A stretch of 52,148 nt of DNA from positions 1 to 52,148 of the IMG/VR virus record IMGVR_UViG_3300049189_000069. One strand, given 5' to 3'. The position numbers and the translations under genes were made by a program. The notes below the pieces were generated by a model that worked only from the letters and a program-made list of their open reading frames with translations, did no database searches and was not told the origin of the DNA. Shown here in pieces: positions 17,789 to 27,751 of the stretch (its first letter is position 1; every line of letters begins with the position of its first letter). This DNA comes from a virus. Lineage: Duplodnaviria > Caudoviricetes.

Positions 17789-18982
17789 ATGGACACGATC
17801 AAGTGCGAGATCTGCGGCGCGGAGGGTATCCACGCGATGCCGTTGCACCTCAAGGATGCGCATCCCGATGTCTCGATCGAGCAGTACATCAAGCGCTTCC
17901 CGGACGCGCCGGTCTTCAGCGAGGCAGCCAAGCTGCAGCTGGAGAAGAAGGGCCTGAGCCCGCAACAGGCGATCCAGCGTCCGCTGGTCGCGAATCACGC
18001 CCAAGCCGCGAACGTGGTCCACATGCCCGTCTCGCCGGCGCCCGCAGCACTGCCCACCAAGCAGCCGCTGCACCAACTGTTCAACCTCGCCGACACGCCG
18101 GCGGTGCGCAACAGTCGCGGTGACCCGATCTCTGTGACGGTGTTCGCGCCGTCGCACGAGCACGCGTCGTTCGTGCCGCCCACCGACGACGGGCACGTCT
18201 GGAACGAGGAAGACCTGAAGAACGAGCTGATGGCGCTCGAGCTCAACATGCCGCTGTACCTGTACGGGCACAAGGGCACCTCCAAGACCACTGACCTGAA
18301 GCAGATCTGCGCCCGCACACGCCGCCCCCTGGTGCGTGTGCAGCACACCATCAACACCGAAGAGGCCCACATCGTGGGTCAGTGGACGGTGCAGAACGGG
18401 CAGACCGTCTTCGAGCTGGGGCCCCTGCCGCTGGCGATGCTGCACGGGTGGGCGTACCTGGCCGACGAGTACGACTTCGCGCTCGCGTCGGTGCTGTCGG
18501 TGTACCAGCCGGTGCTCGAGGGCGACGCGCTGTTCATCAAGGAAGCGCCGGCTGCGATGCGCCTGATCAAGCCCCACCCCAACTTCCGCTTCCTCGCCAC
18601 CGGGAACACCAACGGAACCGGTGACGACACGGGCCTGTACCAGGGCACCTCGGTGCAGAACGCTGCCAACTACGACCGCTTCCAGGTCGTGATCCACAAG
18701 CAGTACCTGCCGGAGGACAAGGAAACCACGATCGTGGTCAACCGCAGCGGCATCCACGAGCGCGAGGCGAAGAAGCTGGTCAAGTTCGCCAACGACATTC
18801 GTCGTGAGTACGACGCCGGCAAGATCGGCGACACCCTTTCCACGCGCACGCTGGTCACGATCAGCAACATCGGGCTGCGCCGCGCGAACATGAAGCTCGG
18901 CATCCAGCTGGGCTTTTCCAACAAGCTGTCCAAGGTGGACCGCGCTACCGTCGACCAAGTCGCACAACGCCTCTACGCATAA
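17789..18982 (+). CDS. CobS/MoxR-like AAA+ ATPase with N-terminal C2H2 zinc finger
   Basis: CEIC..HLKDAH; GHKGTSKT; ADEYD; PHPNFRFLATGNTNGTGD; NAANYDRF. Confidence 0.9.
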   Translation: MDTIKCEICGAEGIHAMPLHLKDAHPDVSIEQYIKRFPDAPVFSEAAKLQLEKKGLSPQQAIQRPLVANHAQAANVVHMPVSPAPAALPTKQPLHQLFNLADTPAVRNSRGDPISVTVFAPSHEHASFVPPTDDGHVWNEEDLKNELMALELNMPLYLYGHKGTSKTTDLKQICARTRRPLVRVQHTINTEEAHIVGQWTVQNGQTVFELGPLPLAMLHGWAYLADEYDFALASVLSVYQPVLEGDALFIKEAPAAMRLIKPHPNFRFLATGNTNGTGDDTGLYQGTSVQNAANYDRFQVVIHKQYLPEDKETTIVVNRSGIHEREAKKLVKFANDIRREYDAGKIGDTLSTRTLVTISNIGLRRANMKLGIQLGFSNKLSKVDRATVDQVAQRLYA

Positions 18983-18997
18983 GTCACCCATGAGTAA
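18980..18997. promoter_or_regulatory. Operator copy overlapping the start codon of the sigma-like gene
   Basis: TAAGTCACCCATGAGTAA 14/18. Confidence 0.6.
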
Positions 18998-19613
18998 CGT
19001 CCCTCGCAACCGCAGCCTGCGCTTCGAAGATCACGCCGGCATCATGAACAAGCTGGCGAAGATGTTCTTCGCTCGCATGATGGCCGCGCAGATCCATTCC
19101 GCCACGTACGACGAGATCATGGGCGAGCTGTCGCTCGCCTTCGTCAAGGCGGCGAAGGGCTACAACCCGGACGCCGGCTTCACCTTCACGGCGTTCCTCG
19201 AGCGCTGCTGCCTGAACCACTGCAACAAGTGGGCGAGCAAGCTCATCAAGGAGCAGTACGGCAGCGACCGCGCCATTGACTTCCACGAGGCAGCGCTCGG
19301 GCACATGGGCCTGGGCTACGTCAGCGTTCACGACATGGAGACCGAGGACGGCGAGGACCCGGACTTCTACTCGTCCATCGAGGACGACACCTTCGCCCGG
19401 CCCGACGACGTGGCGGACGCTGCGATGACGCTCAAGTCGATCATCGGCGACGCGACGCTGCTGCCCGAGACGCGCGTCTATGTCGCGCTGCTCGCGAACC
19501 CGCACACTCAAGTTTCCGAGGAGGTGCGCAACCGCATCCGCCGCAATGCCGCCAAGGTGCGCGAACAGGTCACCAAGCGCTGGGGCGTCGAGCTTCCCTT
19601 CGTCCGCGTATGA
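18990..19613 (+). CDS. Sigma70 region 2-like protein (phage sigma factor-like)
   Basis: YDEIMGELSLAFVKAAKGYNPDAGFTFTAFL matches the region 2 pattern (L..A...Y.P..G.F.T). Confidence 0.7.
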   Translation: MSNVPRNRSLRFEDHAGIMNKLAKMFFARMMAAQIHSATYDEIMGELSLAFVKAAKGYNPDAGFTFTAFLERCCLNHCNKWASKLIKEQYGSDRAIDFHEAALGHMGLGYVSVHDMETEDGEDPDFYSSIEDDTFARPDDVADAAMTLKSIIGDATLLPETRVYVALLANPHTQVSEEVRNRIRRNAAKVREQVTKRWGVELPFVRV

Positions 19614-19789
19614 CCGAGCAGGAGGCCAAGGACCTGAAGCGGTTCAAGCATTGCTGCACCTGTGGTGGGTATGCCTGGCCGATGAACGGTCGGCCCAAGG
19701 AGCAGCCGCACATGCGCTGGTGCCCGCAGTACGAGGAGTACGGCGAATGGTGGCGCGCATTGCATCCCGAGGTGAAGCCAGATGACTGA
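19610..19789 (+). CDS. 59-aa Cys/His-rich protein (not in the ORF track)
   Basis: ATGA coupling; CTCGG..HMRWCPQ. Confidence 0.6.
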   Translation: MTEQEAKDLKRFKHCCTCGGYAWPMNGRPKEQPHMRWCPQYEEYGEWWRALHPEVKPDD

Positions 19790-20315
19790 TCGCGGCTGCT
19801 ACGGTTTGCCGTCCGTCTACAGCCACACGTCGACGACGTGCCAGGGGTGCGTCGTGCGCGCGTCCTGCAAGGACAAGGCGCTGTCCATCCTGCAGCTGGC
19901 GCGCGGCGCGATCAAGGTTGACGACCTGATCGACGGCTACCGTCTGAGCTACGCGGGCATGGACACGCCGCCTCGCACCCTGGCACCCGAGCAGCAAGCG
20001 CGCGTCATCACCGCACCCAGCAAGCTGCGGCGCCGGCTCGAGAACCTGATGCTGGCCGGCTTCGACCGTGTCGCCGCGGTCGCCTTCGGGCAGGGCGAGA
20101 ACCCCTTCCGCGAGGACGGCGCCAAGCATCTGCGCCTGGTCGGAGACAGTCTGCTGCAGGGCAGGGTGGCCAAGGCTGATCTGCGTCAGGCGTTCCAGCA
20201 CCAGTTCGGGTGGAGCGCTGCCACTGCGGCGAGCGAGGTGAGCAACGCCGTCGCGACCCTCTCAGGATTGGACCTGATCAACGAAACCCGCTCGTACATC
20301 GAGCTACGAACATGA
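19782..20315 (+). CDS. Hypothetical protein with N-terminal Cys cluster
   Basis: GCYG..CQGC...SC; GAGG SD. Confidence 0.7.
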   Translation: MTDRGCYGLPSVYSHTSTTCQGCVVRASCKDKALSILQLARGAIKVDDLIDGYRLSYAGMDTPPRTLAPEQQARVITAPSKLRRRLENLMLAGFDRVAAVAFGQGENPFREDGAKHLRLVGDSLLQGRVAKADLRQAFQHQFGWSAATAASEVSNAVATLSGLDLINETRSYIELRT

Positions 20316-20322
20316 TCCTGGC

Positions 20323-23300
20323 ATGACCATCAACCACGCCCTCGCCATCCGCAGCGACTTCTCCATCGGGGAGGCTAGTCTGCAGGTTGGCAAGATCGTC
20401 GAGCGCGCGAAGGAGCTCGGCTTCGAGTCCGTCGCCCTGGTCGACACCATGTCGGTCTCCGGGATGCCCGACCTCGCCAGCAAGGCGAAGAAGGCGGGCA
20501 TCAAGCCCATCATCGGCTGCACGCTGCGCGTGTACGACGACTCGACCTGGCGCAAGCCCAAGAAAGGTGAGACGGGCCCGACCACCAACCCGATGCACAC
20601 CCTGAAGGTGTACGTACACACCGAGGACGGGCTGCGCCAGCTGTACAAGCTGCTCACGCTCGCCAACGACGAGGCGCACTTCTACTACAACGCCCGCGTC
20701 AGCTTCCAGGAGGTGCTGGATCACCTGCAGCCCGGCGACATCTCGGTCAGCACCGGCGACTTCTACGGGTTGTTCCACCACCCGGACTACTTCAGCCGCT
20801 GCACCTATCTGGTCGACCACTTCAAGACGCTGTGGCTGGAGGTGTCGGCGATCGACACGCCCCTGTTCGACACGCTGAACCTGCGTGCCAAGCACGTCTA
20901 CGACAGCCTGTCGGGCACCAGGCCGCTGATGACCTACCCGGCGCTCTACCCCGAGGGCCAGGCGGACAGCGCGGACGTGCTGCGCGCGATCACGAGCAAC
21001 AACAAGATGACGGACCCGTGGTTGCAGGTGCCGTACATCCGCGACTTCGAGCTCGCCACGCCCATGTCGCTGATGCAGCACGCCAAGAAGGTGATCGAGC
21101 GCGGCGATCTGCCCAGCGAGTTCATCAAGGAGGCGATCCGCAACGTGCCGGTGTTCGCGTCCCAGGACTTCTACGCTTTCGAGAAGAAGCCGCCGTCGCT
21201 GCCCGTGATGGCGCCCGACGAGTTCGTCGCGCTGGTCGACGAGTGCAAGAAGGGCTGGCACGAGCGCTTCCAACACGACGTGCTGGGGCACTGCCCCACA
21301 GGCGTCGACCGCAACACCGTCTACCGCCAGCGCCTGGCGTACGAGCTGGAGACCATCCGCAAGATGGGCTTCAGCGGCTACTTCCTGCTGGTGCAGGAGA
21401 TCGTGCGCTGGTCCAAGGACAACGGCATCATGGTCGGGCCAGGTCGGGGCTCGGTAGGCGGCTCGCTGATCGCCTACCTGATGGGCATCACCGACGTCGA
21501 CCCAATCCGCTTCAACCTCCTGTTCGAGCGGTTCATCAACCCCGACCGGGTGGACTTGCCTGACGCCGACCTGGACTTCATGTCCACCCGCCGGCAGGAG
21601 GTGATCGAGCACATCGAGCAGCGCTACGGCAAGGAGAACGTCGCCGGCATCAGCAACTACTCCCGTCTGGGTCCCGCGTCCGCCATGCGCGACGTCGGCC
21701 GGGTGTTCGGGCTGGACCTGCTGGAGCTGCATGCATCCAAGCAGACCGAGAAGGAGCACGGGGAACAGGTGCCACTCGCGGAGTCCGCGGAGAACGTCCC
21801 CGACATCGCCAAGTTCCGGGACAAGCATCCGACCGTCTGGAAGCACGCGCTAGCGCTGTCGCCCGAGACGCGCTCGGATTCCGGGTGCCTGCGATCGCTG
21901 GGGCGTCACGCCGCCGGTGTGGTGGTTGCCGGCGAGCCGGTCGTCAACCGGGCAGTCGTCGAGACCCGCAGCGGGGGCCAGGTGGTCAACTGGGACAAGC
22001 GCACGGTCGAGGATCACGGCTTGATCAAGATGGACATCCTGGGTCTGTCGACCCTGGACATCCTGCAGCTGTGCGCCAACTACATCAAGGAGCGGCACTT
22101 CAAGACGGTCGACTTCATGCGCCTGCCGCTGGACGACGAGCGTGTGCTGAAGGCGTTCGCCCGGGGCGAGACGGTGGGCGTGTTCCAGTACGAGTCGGGG
22201 GGCATGCGCAAGCTGCTGACCCAGCTCGCCGAGGGCGGGCCCCTGACGTTCGAGGACCTGGTTGCCGTGACCGCACTGTTCCGCCCGGGCCCGCTGGATG
22301 CGGGCATGTGCGACGACTACGTGGCGATCAAGCAGGGCACCAAGACCCCGTACTACGAGCACCCCAACGTGCGCGCCGCGCTCGAGCCCACCATGGGCGT
22401 CATCATCTACCAAGAGCAGGTGATGCAGATCTGCCGCGACGTGTCGGGCTTCACGATGACCGAAGCCGACCACGTGCGCAAAGCGATGGGCAAGAAGGAC
22501 AAGGACAAGATGGCGGAGTGGGGCGAGAAGTTCGTCCAGGGCGCCGCCACCGTGTCGGGCATGGGCGAGTTCCAGGCGAAGGCGCTGTGGGAGAAGCTCG
22601 CGGGCTTCGCCGCCTACGGTTTCAACCGCTCGCACGCGGTGGAGTACGCCGTCATCAGCTGGTGGTCGATGTGGTGCAAAGTTAACTACCCCGCCGAGTT
22701 CTTCGCAGCGGCGATGTCCACCGTCGACAAGGACGACAAGCTCTCGACCCTGATGCTCGACGCGCGCCGCTGTCACATCGAGGTGCTGCCGCCGGACATC
22801 AACCTGTCGACCAACCGCATCGAGATCCGCGGCGAGCGCGAGCTCATCGCCCCGTTCCAGGCGGTCAAGGGCATCAGCGAGAACGCCAGCAAGGCGATCA
22901 TGCACCTGCGCGGCCTGGCCGGCGGGAAGTTCGACAACATGGCGCAGCTCGAAGCGCTGGTGACCGCCAACAAGATGGGCGCCAAGTGCAACAAGACCCA
23001 CCGCGAGCGCCTGGAGAAGGTGGGTGCCTTCCACTCCACGGACGGTGGCCCCGCACCGACGCACGAGGATCGCCTGAAGGACCGGCTCGACCTGATGCCG
23101 GGCTTCACCGTCGACACCGTGAAGGCGACCCGTGCGATCGTCGCGGATACCTACGTGATGAGCAAGATGATCCGTCTGCACGAGGACGCGAAGATCTGCA
23201 CTGCCTGCTCGCTGGCCGGGCACAAGCACGTGGCTTCGCGCACGGGCAGGACACCGAAGTTCATGGTGGTCTTCGACAGCCCGAGCTACGCCGAGGACAA

Positions 23301-23709
23301 GGCGGAGAAGATGTTCGAGGGTGACATGGCCGACTACTTCAAGGCAGCACTCAAGGACGCCGGCGTGTCGCTCAACGACGGGCACTACACGGCGCTCGTG
23401 CGCGCCATGAAGCCCAAGGGGGCGAAGACGCTGACCACCGAGCAGATCAACGGCTGCAGCAACTTCCTGCTGCAGGAGATCGACCTGCTCAAGCCACCGG
23501 TGATCGTGGCGATGGGCTCCGCGGCGGTGAAGTTCTTTGCGCCAGGGATCAAGGGCAATCCTTCCGAACTGATCGGGAAGGTGGTGTTTGACTCGAAGCG
23601 GGATGCGTCGATCGTCTTCGGGCTGAACCCGGGCCAGGTCTTCCATGACCCCGCGAAGGTCGCGCTGCTCGAGACCGTGGCGCGCAAGATCGCTGACCTG
23701 ATCGTATAA
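20323..23709 (+). CDS. dnaE: DNA polymerase III alpha subunit with C-terminal uracil-DNA glycosylase-like domain
   Basis: PHP-like N-terminus, GPGRGSVGGS, LPDADLDF, HAAGVV, KMDILGL, YQEQVMQ, YGFNRSH; C-terminal CTACSL..EIDLLKPPVIVAMG family-4 UDG pattern. Confidence 0.95.
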   Translation: MTINHALAIRSDFSIGEASLQVGKIVERAKELGFESVALVDTMSVSGMPDLASKAKKAGIKPIIGCTLRVYDDSTWRKPKKGETGPTTNPMHTLKVYVHTEDGLRQLYKLLTLANDEAHFYYNARVSFQEVLDHLQPGDISVSTGDFYGLFHHPDYFSRCTYLVDHFKTLWLEVSAIDTPLFDTLNLRAKHVYDSLSGTRPLMTYPALYPEGQADSADVLRAITSNNKMTDPWLQVPYIRDFELATPMSLMQHAKKVIERGDLPSEFIKEAIRNVPVFASQDFYAFEKKPPSLPVMAPDEFVALVDECKKGWHERFQHDVLGHCPTGVDRNTVYRQRLAYELETIRKMGFSGYFLLVQEIVRWSKDNGIMVGPGRGSVGGSLIAYLMGITDVDPIRFNLLFERFINPDRVDLPDADLDFMSTRRQEVIEHIEQRYGKENVAGISNYSRLGPASAMRDVGRVFGLDLLELHASKQTEKEHGEQVPLAESAENVPDIAKFRDKHPTVWKHALALSPETRSDSGCLRSLGRHAAGVVVAGEPVVNRAVVETRSGGQVVNWDKRTVEDHGLIKMDILGLSTLDILQLCANYIKERHFKTVDFMRLPLDDERVLKAFARGETVGVFQYESGGMRKLLTQLAEGGPLTFEDLVAVTALFRPGPLDAGMCDDYVAIKQGTKTPYYEHPNVRAALEPTMGVIIYQEQVMQICRDVSGFTMTEADHVRKAMGKKDKDKMAEWGEKFVQGAATVSGMGEFQAKALWEKLAGFAAYGFNRSHAVEYAVISWWSMWCKVNYPAEFFAAAMSTVDKDDKLSTLMLDARRCHIEVLPPDINLSTNRIEIRGERELIAPFQAVKGISENASKAIMHLRGLAGGKFDNMAQLEALVTANKMGAKCNKTHRERLEKVGAFHSTDGGPAPTHEDRLKDRLDLMPGFTVDTVKATRAIVADTYVMSKMIRLHEDAKICTACSLAGHKHVASRTGRTPKFMVVFDSPSYAEDKAEKMFEGDMADYFKAALKDAGVSLNDGHYTALVRAMKPKGAKTLTTEQINGCSNFLLQEIDLLKPPVIVAMGSAAVKFFAPGIKGNPSELIGKVVFDSKRDASIVFGLNPGQVFHDPAKVALLETVARKIADLIV

Positions 23710-23727
23710 GTAACCCGTGACTATACT
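23707..23727 (+). promoter_or_regulatory. Operator copy fused to TATACT
   Basis: TAAGTAACCCGTGACTATACT. Confidence 0.75.
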
Positions 23728-23748
23728 GTACCGACTCGAAAGGACCCC

Positions 23749-24336
23749 ATGAGCGACCAATCCATCTCCCTCGAAGAACTGCAGAACGCACTCGCCGACC
23801 TGCCCACCGACCCTGCGCCGGTGCCGCGTTCGGGCCCGCTCGATCTGAAGGCGTTCGTCGACCCGGCGCAGCTGCGCAAGGACGTGGACGTCGACATGAC
23901 GGACCTGGACAACGAGGTCCGCCGGCAGTCCGCGACCTACCTGTTCTACGCCCAGCGCGCCTCGATGGCGAAGGCCCAGGCGGCGCGCACCAAGGCATCC
24001 GCCGAGATCATCGAGTCCAAGCTCTACGCCCTGCACCGGCAGCGCCTGATCGACGAGGGCGGCAAGGTCACCGAGGCGGTGGTCGACGCCGCGGTCAAGA
24101 ACGACCGGCGCTACTACGAGATGAAGCAGAAGCTCGTCGACGCCAACCTGCACGCGGACCTGGCGCGCGACGCCGCCGTCTCGATGGAGCAGCGCAAGGA
24201 CATGCTGGTGCAGCTGACCGCCGACCGTCGCAAGGAACGCGAGGGCGAGCTGCGCATGGGCGTCGCCAAGGATGCGGTCGAGACCATGCGCAAGGACGTG
24301 CTCCAGCACCTGGCCGCACAAGTGGTTCCCGCCTGA
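23749..24336 (+). CDS. Helical protein, possible UvsY-like recombination mediator
   Basis: All-helical, K.TEA..DA.V..D..Y pattern; sits before SSB and RecA. Confidence 0.5.
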   Translation: MSDQSISLEELQNALADLPTDPAPVPRSGPLDLKAFVDPAQLRKDVDVDMTDLDNEVRRQSATYLFYAQRASMAKAQAARTKASAEIIESKLYALHRQRLIDEGGKVTEAVVDAAVKNDRRYYEMKQKLVDANLHADLARDAAVSMEQRKDMLVQLTADRRKEREGELRMGVAKDAVETMRKDVLQHLAAQVVPA

Positions 24337-24346
24337 TTGCGGCATT

Positions 24347-24374
24347 TTGCCGTAAGTAAGCGGTGAGCTATACT
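24347..24374 (+). promoter_or_regulatory. Promoter TTGCCG-N16-TATACT with an operator in the spacer (24353-24370)
   Basis: TAAGTAAGCGGTGAGCTA 14/18. Confidence 0.75.
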
Positions 24375-24433
24375 TCAACCGTCCATCTTTGATGGATTCC
24401 AACCCCTGAAACCTGAACTGAGCACCTGAAACC

Positions 24434-25570
24434 ATGACGACCAACGCTCTCCTGGCCCTCATCGCTGCGCGCAAAGCAGCGTCCAACCGTGGTGACACGG
24501 AAAAGCCCCCGATGGGGCGCAGCCGCTGGCGCATCCTCCCGGGCTGGCGCAACCCCGCGAAAGCTCCCGCGAACCTCGACGACGCCGGCAAGGCCGAGTG
24601 GGCGGCGCAGTTCTTCCACGACTTCGGTCAGCACTTCGTCAAGGACGCCTCCAACCAGGTCAAGGCGGTCTACCCCTGCGTGGACAAGATCTTCGGTCGT
24701 CCGTGCCAGATCTGCGACGAGATCTCCCGCGGCATCGTCGCGTCCCAGGACGACGTGACCAAGAAGCGCCTCGAAGACGCGAAGGCAGCCGGCCGCGTGC
24801 TGGTCAACGCCGTGCGTCTGGACGGCCCGGGCGGACACAAGGTCGTCGTGCTGGAGCTCGCCCCGAGCGCCTTCAACGGCAAGAAGGGTGTCGGCGGCGT
24901 CCTGTCGCTGTTCCAGGACTGGCCCAACCTGCTCGACTGGGACCTGGGCAACGACATCATCATCGAGCGCGCCGGCCAGGGCAAGGACACGACCTACGGC
25001 ATCAGCGCGGTGCCGCCCTCGGTCAAGCTCGACAAGGCGTCGCTCATCGGTCAGCTGACCGACCTGGACGCCTACGTTCAGCGCGAGGAGAACGCCGGCG
25101 CCCAGCGTGCGCTCGCTGCGGTCGGTGCCATCAGTGGTCTGCTGCCGGCCCCGACGCGCCCCGCGCTGACGCAAGCAGCTGCCGCTGCGTTCGCCCCGGC
25201 GCCGCAGACCGCCCAGGTGCTCAACGACATCCCGGACTTCCCGAGCAACGCCGCCCCGAACCCGTTCGAGCCGGCGCCGGCGGTCGCCCCCGCACCGGTT
25301 GCCCCGGTCGCGATGCCCACGGTGACCCAGGTCGCGCCGGCCCCGGTGGCTCCGCAGCCCGTCGCTGCGCCCGCGGCGAACCCGCTGGCGGGCATTTCGC
25401 CCGAGCAGCTGGCCGCGATGATGGCGCTGCTCCAGCAGCAGCAGGGCGCCGCGCCCACCGCAACGGTGGCTGCTCCGGTCGCTCCGGCACCGGTCGCTGC
25501 GCCCGTGCAAGCTCCGGCGCCCGCTTCCAGCGGCATGTCGCTGGAAGACATGCTCAAGGATCTTCCCTGA
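24434..25570 (+). CDS. ssDNA-binding protein (T4 gp32-like) with Pro/Ala-rich tail
   Basis: RILP, HF, C..PCQIC, GNDIII.R.G.G.DT.Y; acidic end LEDMLKDLP. Confidence 0.75.
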   Translation: MTTNALLALIAARKAASNRGDTEKPPMGRSRWRILPGWRNPAKAPANLDDAGKAEWAAQFFHDFGQHFVKDASNQVKAVYPCVDKIFGRPCQICDEISRGIVASQDDVTKKRLEDAKAAGRVLVNAVRLDGPGGHKVVVLELAPSAFNGKKGVGGVLSLFQDWPNLLDWDLGNDIIIERAGQGKDTTYGISAVPPSVKLDKASLIGQLTDLDAYVQREENAGAQRALAAVGAISGLLPAPTRPALTQAAAAAFAPAPQTAQVLNDIPDFPSNAAPNPFEPAPAVAPAPVAPVAMPTVTQVAPAPVAPQPVAAPAANPLAGISPEQLAAMMALLQQQQGAAPTATVAAPVAPAPVAAPVQAPAPASSGMSLEDMLKDLP

Positions 25571-25595
25571 TCCACTGATCCCTGTGTGCGAGTGA

Positions 25596-25636
25596 GGGGC
25601 GAGGCGAGGTGCGACGCCTCCCTCGCCCTTATTTTT
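25596..25636 (+). terminator. Rho-independent terminator
   Basis: GGGGCGAGG-C-GAGGTG/CGCCTC-CCTCGCCCT stem then TATTTTT. Confidence 0.75.
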
Positions 25637-25654
25637 CGACCCCAAGGGAGCAGC

Positions 25655-26611
25655 ATGAGCAAGATGCTCAACATCGTCGACGGCAACGCCATCGCGAACG
25701 CAATGCACAACGGCACGGTGTTGACCACCGGGCCCCACCAGACCCAGGCGATCTTCGGCATGGCGCGCAAGATGCGCGAGATCAAGTGCGACTACGACGC
25801 GTCCGTCGTCGTCCTGTGGGACGGCAAGCCGAAGGAACGGTTTGAGGTGTTCCCCGAGTACAAGGCGAACCGCGAGGAGAAGGAGCGCACCGACCCGGAG
25901 CACGCCGCGTCGCGTGCCGCCTACCGCGCCCAGATGCCGATCATTCGCAAGATGATCGAGCTGATGGGCATCGTGCAGATGGTGCACCCCCACAAGGAAG
26001 CCGATGACCTGGCGGGCTACCTCGTGCATCGCATGCCCACGCGTCGGATTCGTCTGTACACGGGCGACACCGACTGGCTGCAGCTGGTGCGCAACAAGCA
26101 CATCGACTGGTACGACAACCGGTACGACGGCAAGCTGATCACCTTCGACACCTTCCACCCGTGCACGGGCTTCGCGAACGCCGATGAGTACCTGGAAGGC
26201 AAGGTGCTGCAGGGCGACGTGTCCGACAACATCCCGGGCGTGCCCGACATGGGGCCGAAGAACGCGGCAGCGTTCATCGCTGAGCACCGGTCGCTGGAGG
26301 CGTTCTGGCGCAAGGTCGACGACGGCAGCTACACGCCCAAGGCGCGCAAGAGCAAGACCGCGAAAACGCTGCATCCCGAGCAGATCGTTGCCTCGCCCGA
26401 GGGGCGCCAGCAGCTGCAGCTGAACATGAAGCTGATGGACCTGCGCAACCCGGTGTTCGACGCCAGCGAGGTGGTCACCGTCAAGGGCAAGTTCGACGCC
26501 GAGAACCTGCGGCTGCTCTTCGCCCGACTGGGTTTTGCCTCCATCACCCGCAACTTTGCCGAGTGGTCGGCGCCCTTCGAGGAACCGAAGAGCCTTCCCC
26601 TCGCTGCATGA
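25655..26611 (+). CDS. 5'-3' exonuclease / flap endonuclease (T4 RNase H-like)
   Basis: VDGN, WDG, YKANR, EADD, GDTDWLQ, GDVSDNIPGV. Confidence 0.93.
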   Translation: MSKMLNIVDGNAIANAMHNGTVLTTGPHQTQAIFGMARKMREIKCDYDASVVVLWDGKPKERFEVFPEYKANREEKERTDPEHAASRAAYRAQMPIIRKMIELMGIVQMVHPHKEADDLAGYLVHRMPTRRIRLYTGDTDWLQLVRNKHIDWYDNRYDGKLITFDTFHPCTGFANADEYLEGKVLQGDVSDNIPGVPDMGPKNAAAFIAEHRSLEAFWRKVDDGSYTPKARKSKTAKTLHPEQIVASPEGRQQLQLNMKLMDLRNPVFDASEVVTVKGKFDAENLRLLFARLGFASITRNFAEWSAPFEEPKSLPLAA

Positions 26612-26636
26612 CCATACTGAAACGAGAGAACGCAAC

Positions 26637-27740
26637 ATGACGAACCCGTCTGCCCTCGCCCTTGCCAGCCAGCTCGAGAAGGAGCTCGGCAAGGACGACG
26701 TGAACATGGACATCAAGGGATACCTCGACACGGGGTATCCGCCGCTGAACGAGCGGCTGTCGGGTGATCCCGACCTGGGCCTGCCCTACGGTCGCATCGT
26801 CGAGATCTTCGGCGAGTCCGGGACGGGCAAGACCGCCTTCGCCGTCGACATGATCATCGCCGCCCAGAAGGCAGGCGGCTGCGGTGGGTTGTTCGACCAC
26901 GAGCACGCGTTCAACATCAACCTGGCGGTGGGCAAGGGCCTGAACCCGGCGGCGCCGTACTTCATCCACCGCAAGCCCGAGACCTGGGAGGACTCCAACA
27001 GCATGGCGATCCGTGCTGCGCGGATGATTCGCGAAAGCAAGGTGATCCCCGACAGCGCGCCCATCGTCTGGGTGTTCGACTCGGTCGCCGCGATGGTGCC
27101 GCAGTCGATGCTCTACGACAGCAAGGGCAAGCGGCGCGACATCGACTCGCTGACGATGAACGACACGTCGGCGCTGTCGCGCGTCTCGTCGACCACGCTC
27201 AAGATCATCAACGCCGAGATGGCGCGGCTGAACGTCATCACGATCTACCTGAACCAGGTCCGCACCAAGATCGGCATCGTCTGGGGCGACCCGACCACCA
27301 CGCCGGGCGGCGCCGCGTTCGAGTTCTACGCGACGACGCGTCTGCAGCTGCGTCGCAAGCTGGTCAAGGAAGGCGAGGACAAGCGTGTCACCGGCCAGAT
27401 CGTCACCTTCCACACGAAGAAGAACCGCATGGAGCGGCCCTTCCAGGACATCGACCTGCTGCTGACGTTCCCCGAGGACGGCGGCGCCTACTTCGATCGC
27501 GAGACGAGCCTGCTGGGCCTGCTGCTGGAGCAGGGTAAGCTCACCGTGCGCAACGCCGGCAGCAAGGGCAAGCTGCTCGTCTGGGACGGCAATGAGTACC
27601 CGTTGAAGACCTTCATCGACAAGGTCAGGGCCGACGGGCTGTTCCCGAAGATGGTCGAGCTCTACAAGGCTCCCGTGTCGGCTGCGCCCGCTGCCTCATC
27701 GGCGGCGGAGACAGCTGCTGCCGCTCTCGCAACGCTCTGA
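26637..27740 (+). CDS. recA: RecA/UvsX-like recombinase
   Basis: GLPYGRIVEIFGESGTGKT, DSVAAM, NQVRTKIG, TTPGG. Confidence 0.93.
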   Translation: MTNPSALALASQLEKELGKDDVNMDIKGYLDTGYPPLNERLSGDPDLGLPYGRIVEIFGESGTGKTAFAVDMIIAAQKAGGCGGLFDHEHAFNINLAVGKGLNPAAPYFIHRKPETWEDSNSMAIRAARMIRESKVIPDSAPIVWVFDSVAAMVPQSMLYDSKGKRRDIDSLTMNDTSALSRVSSTTLKIINAEMARLNVITIYLNQVRTKIGIVWGDPTTTPGGAAFEFYATTRLQLRRKLVKEGEDKRVTGQIVTFHTKKNRMERPFQDIDLLLTFPEDGGAYFDRETSLLGLLLEQGKLTVRNAGSKGKLLVWDGNEYPLKTFIDKVRADGLFPKMVELYKAPVSAAPAASSAAETAAAALATL

Positions 27741-27751
27741 GGGGTGCGTCC

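Noticed and set aside
15822-18982. Cobalamin biosynthesis (cobaltochelatase)
   Set aside because: No CobN or other cob genes; phage CobS/CobT-like pairs are generic AAA-VWA systems.
25140-25530. Pro/Ala/Val-rich repeats in the SSB tail
   Set aside because: Ordinary low-complexity linker before the acidic C-terminus.
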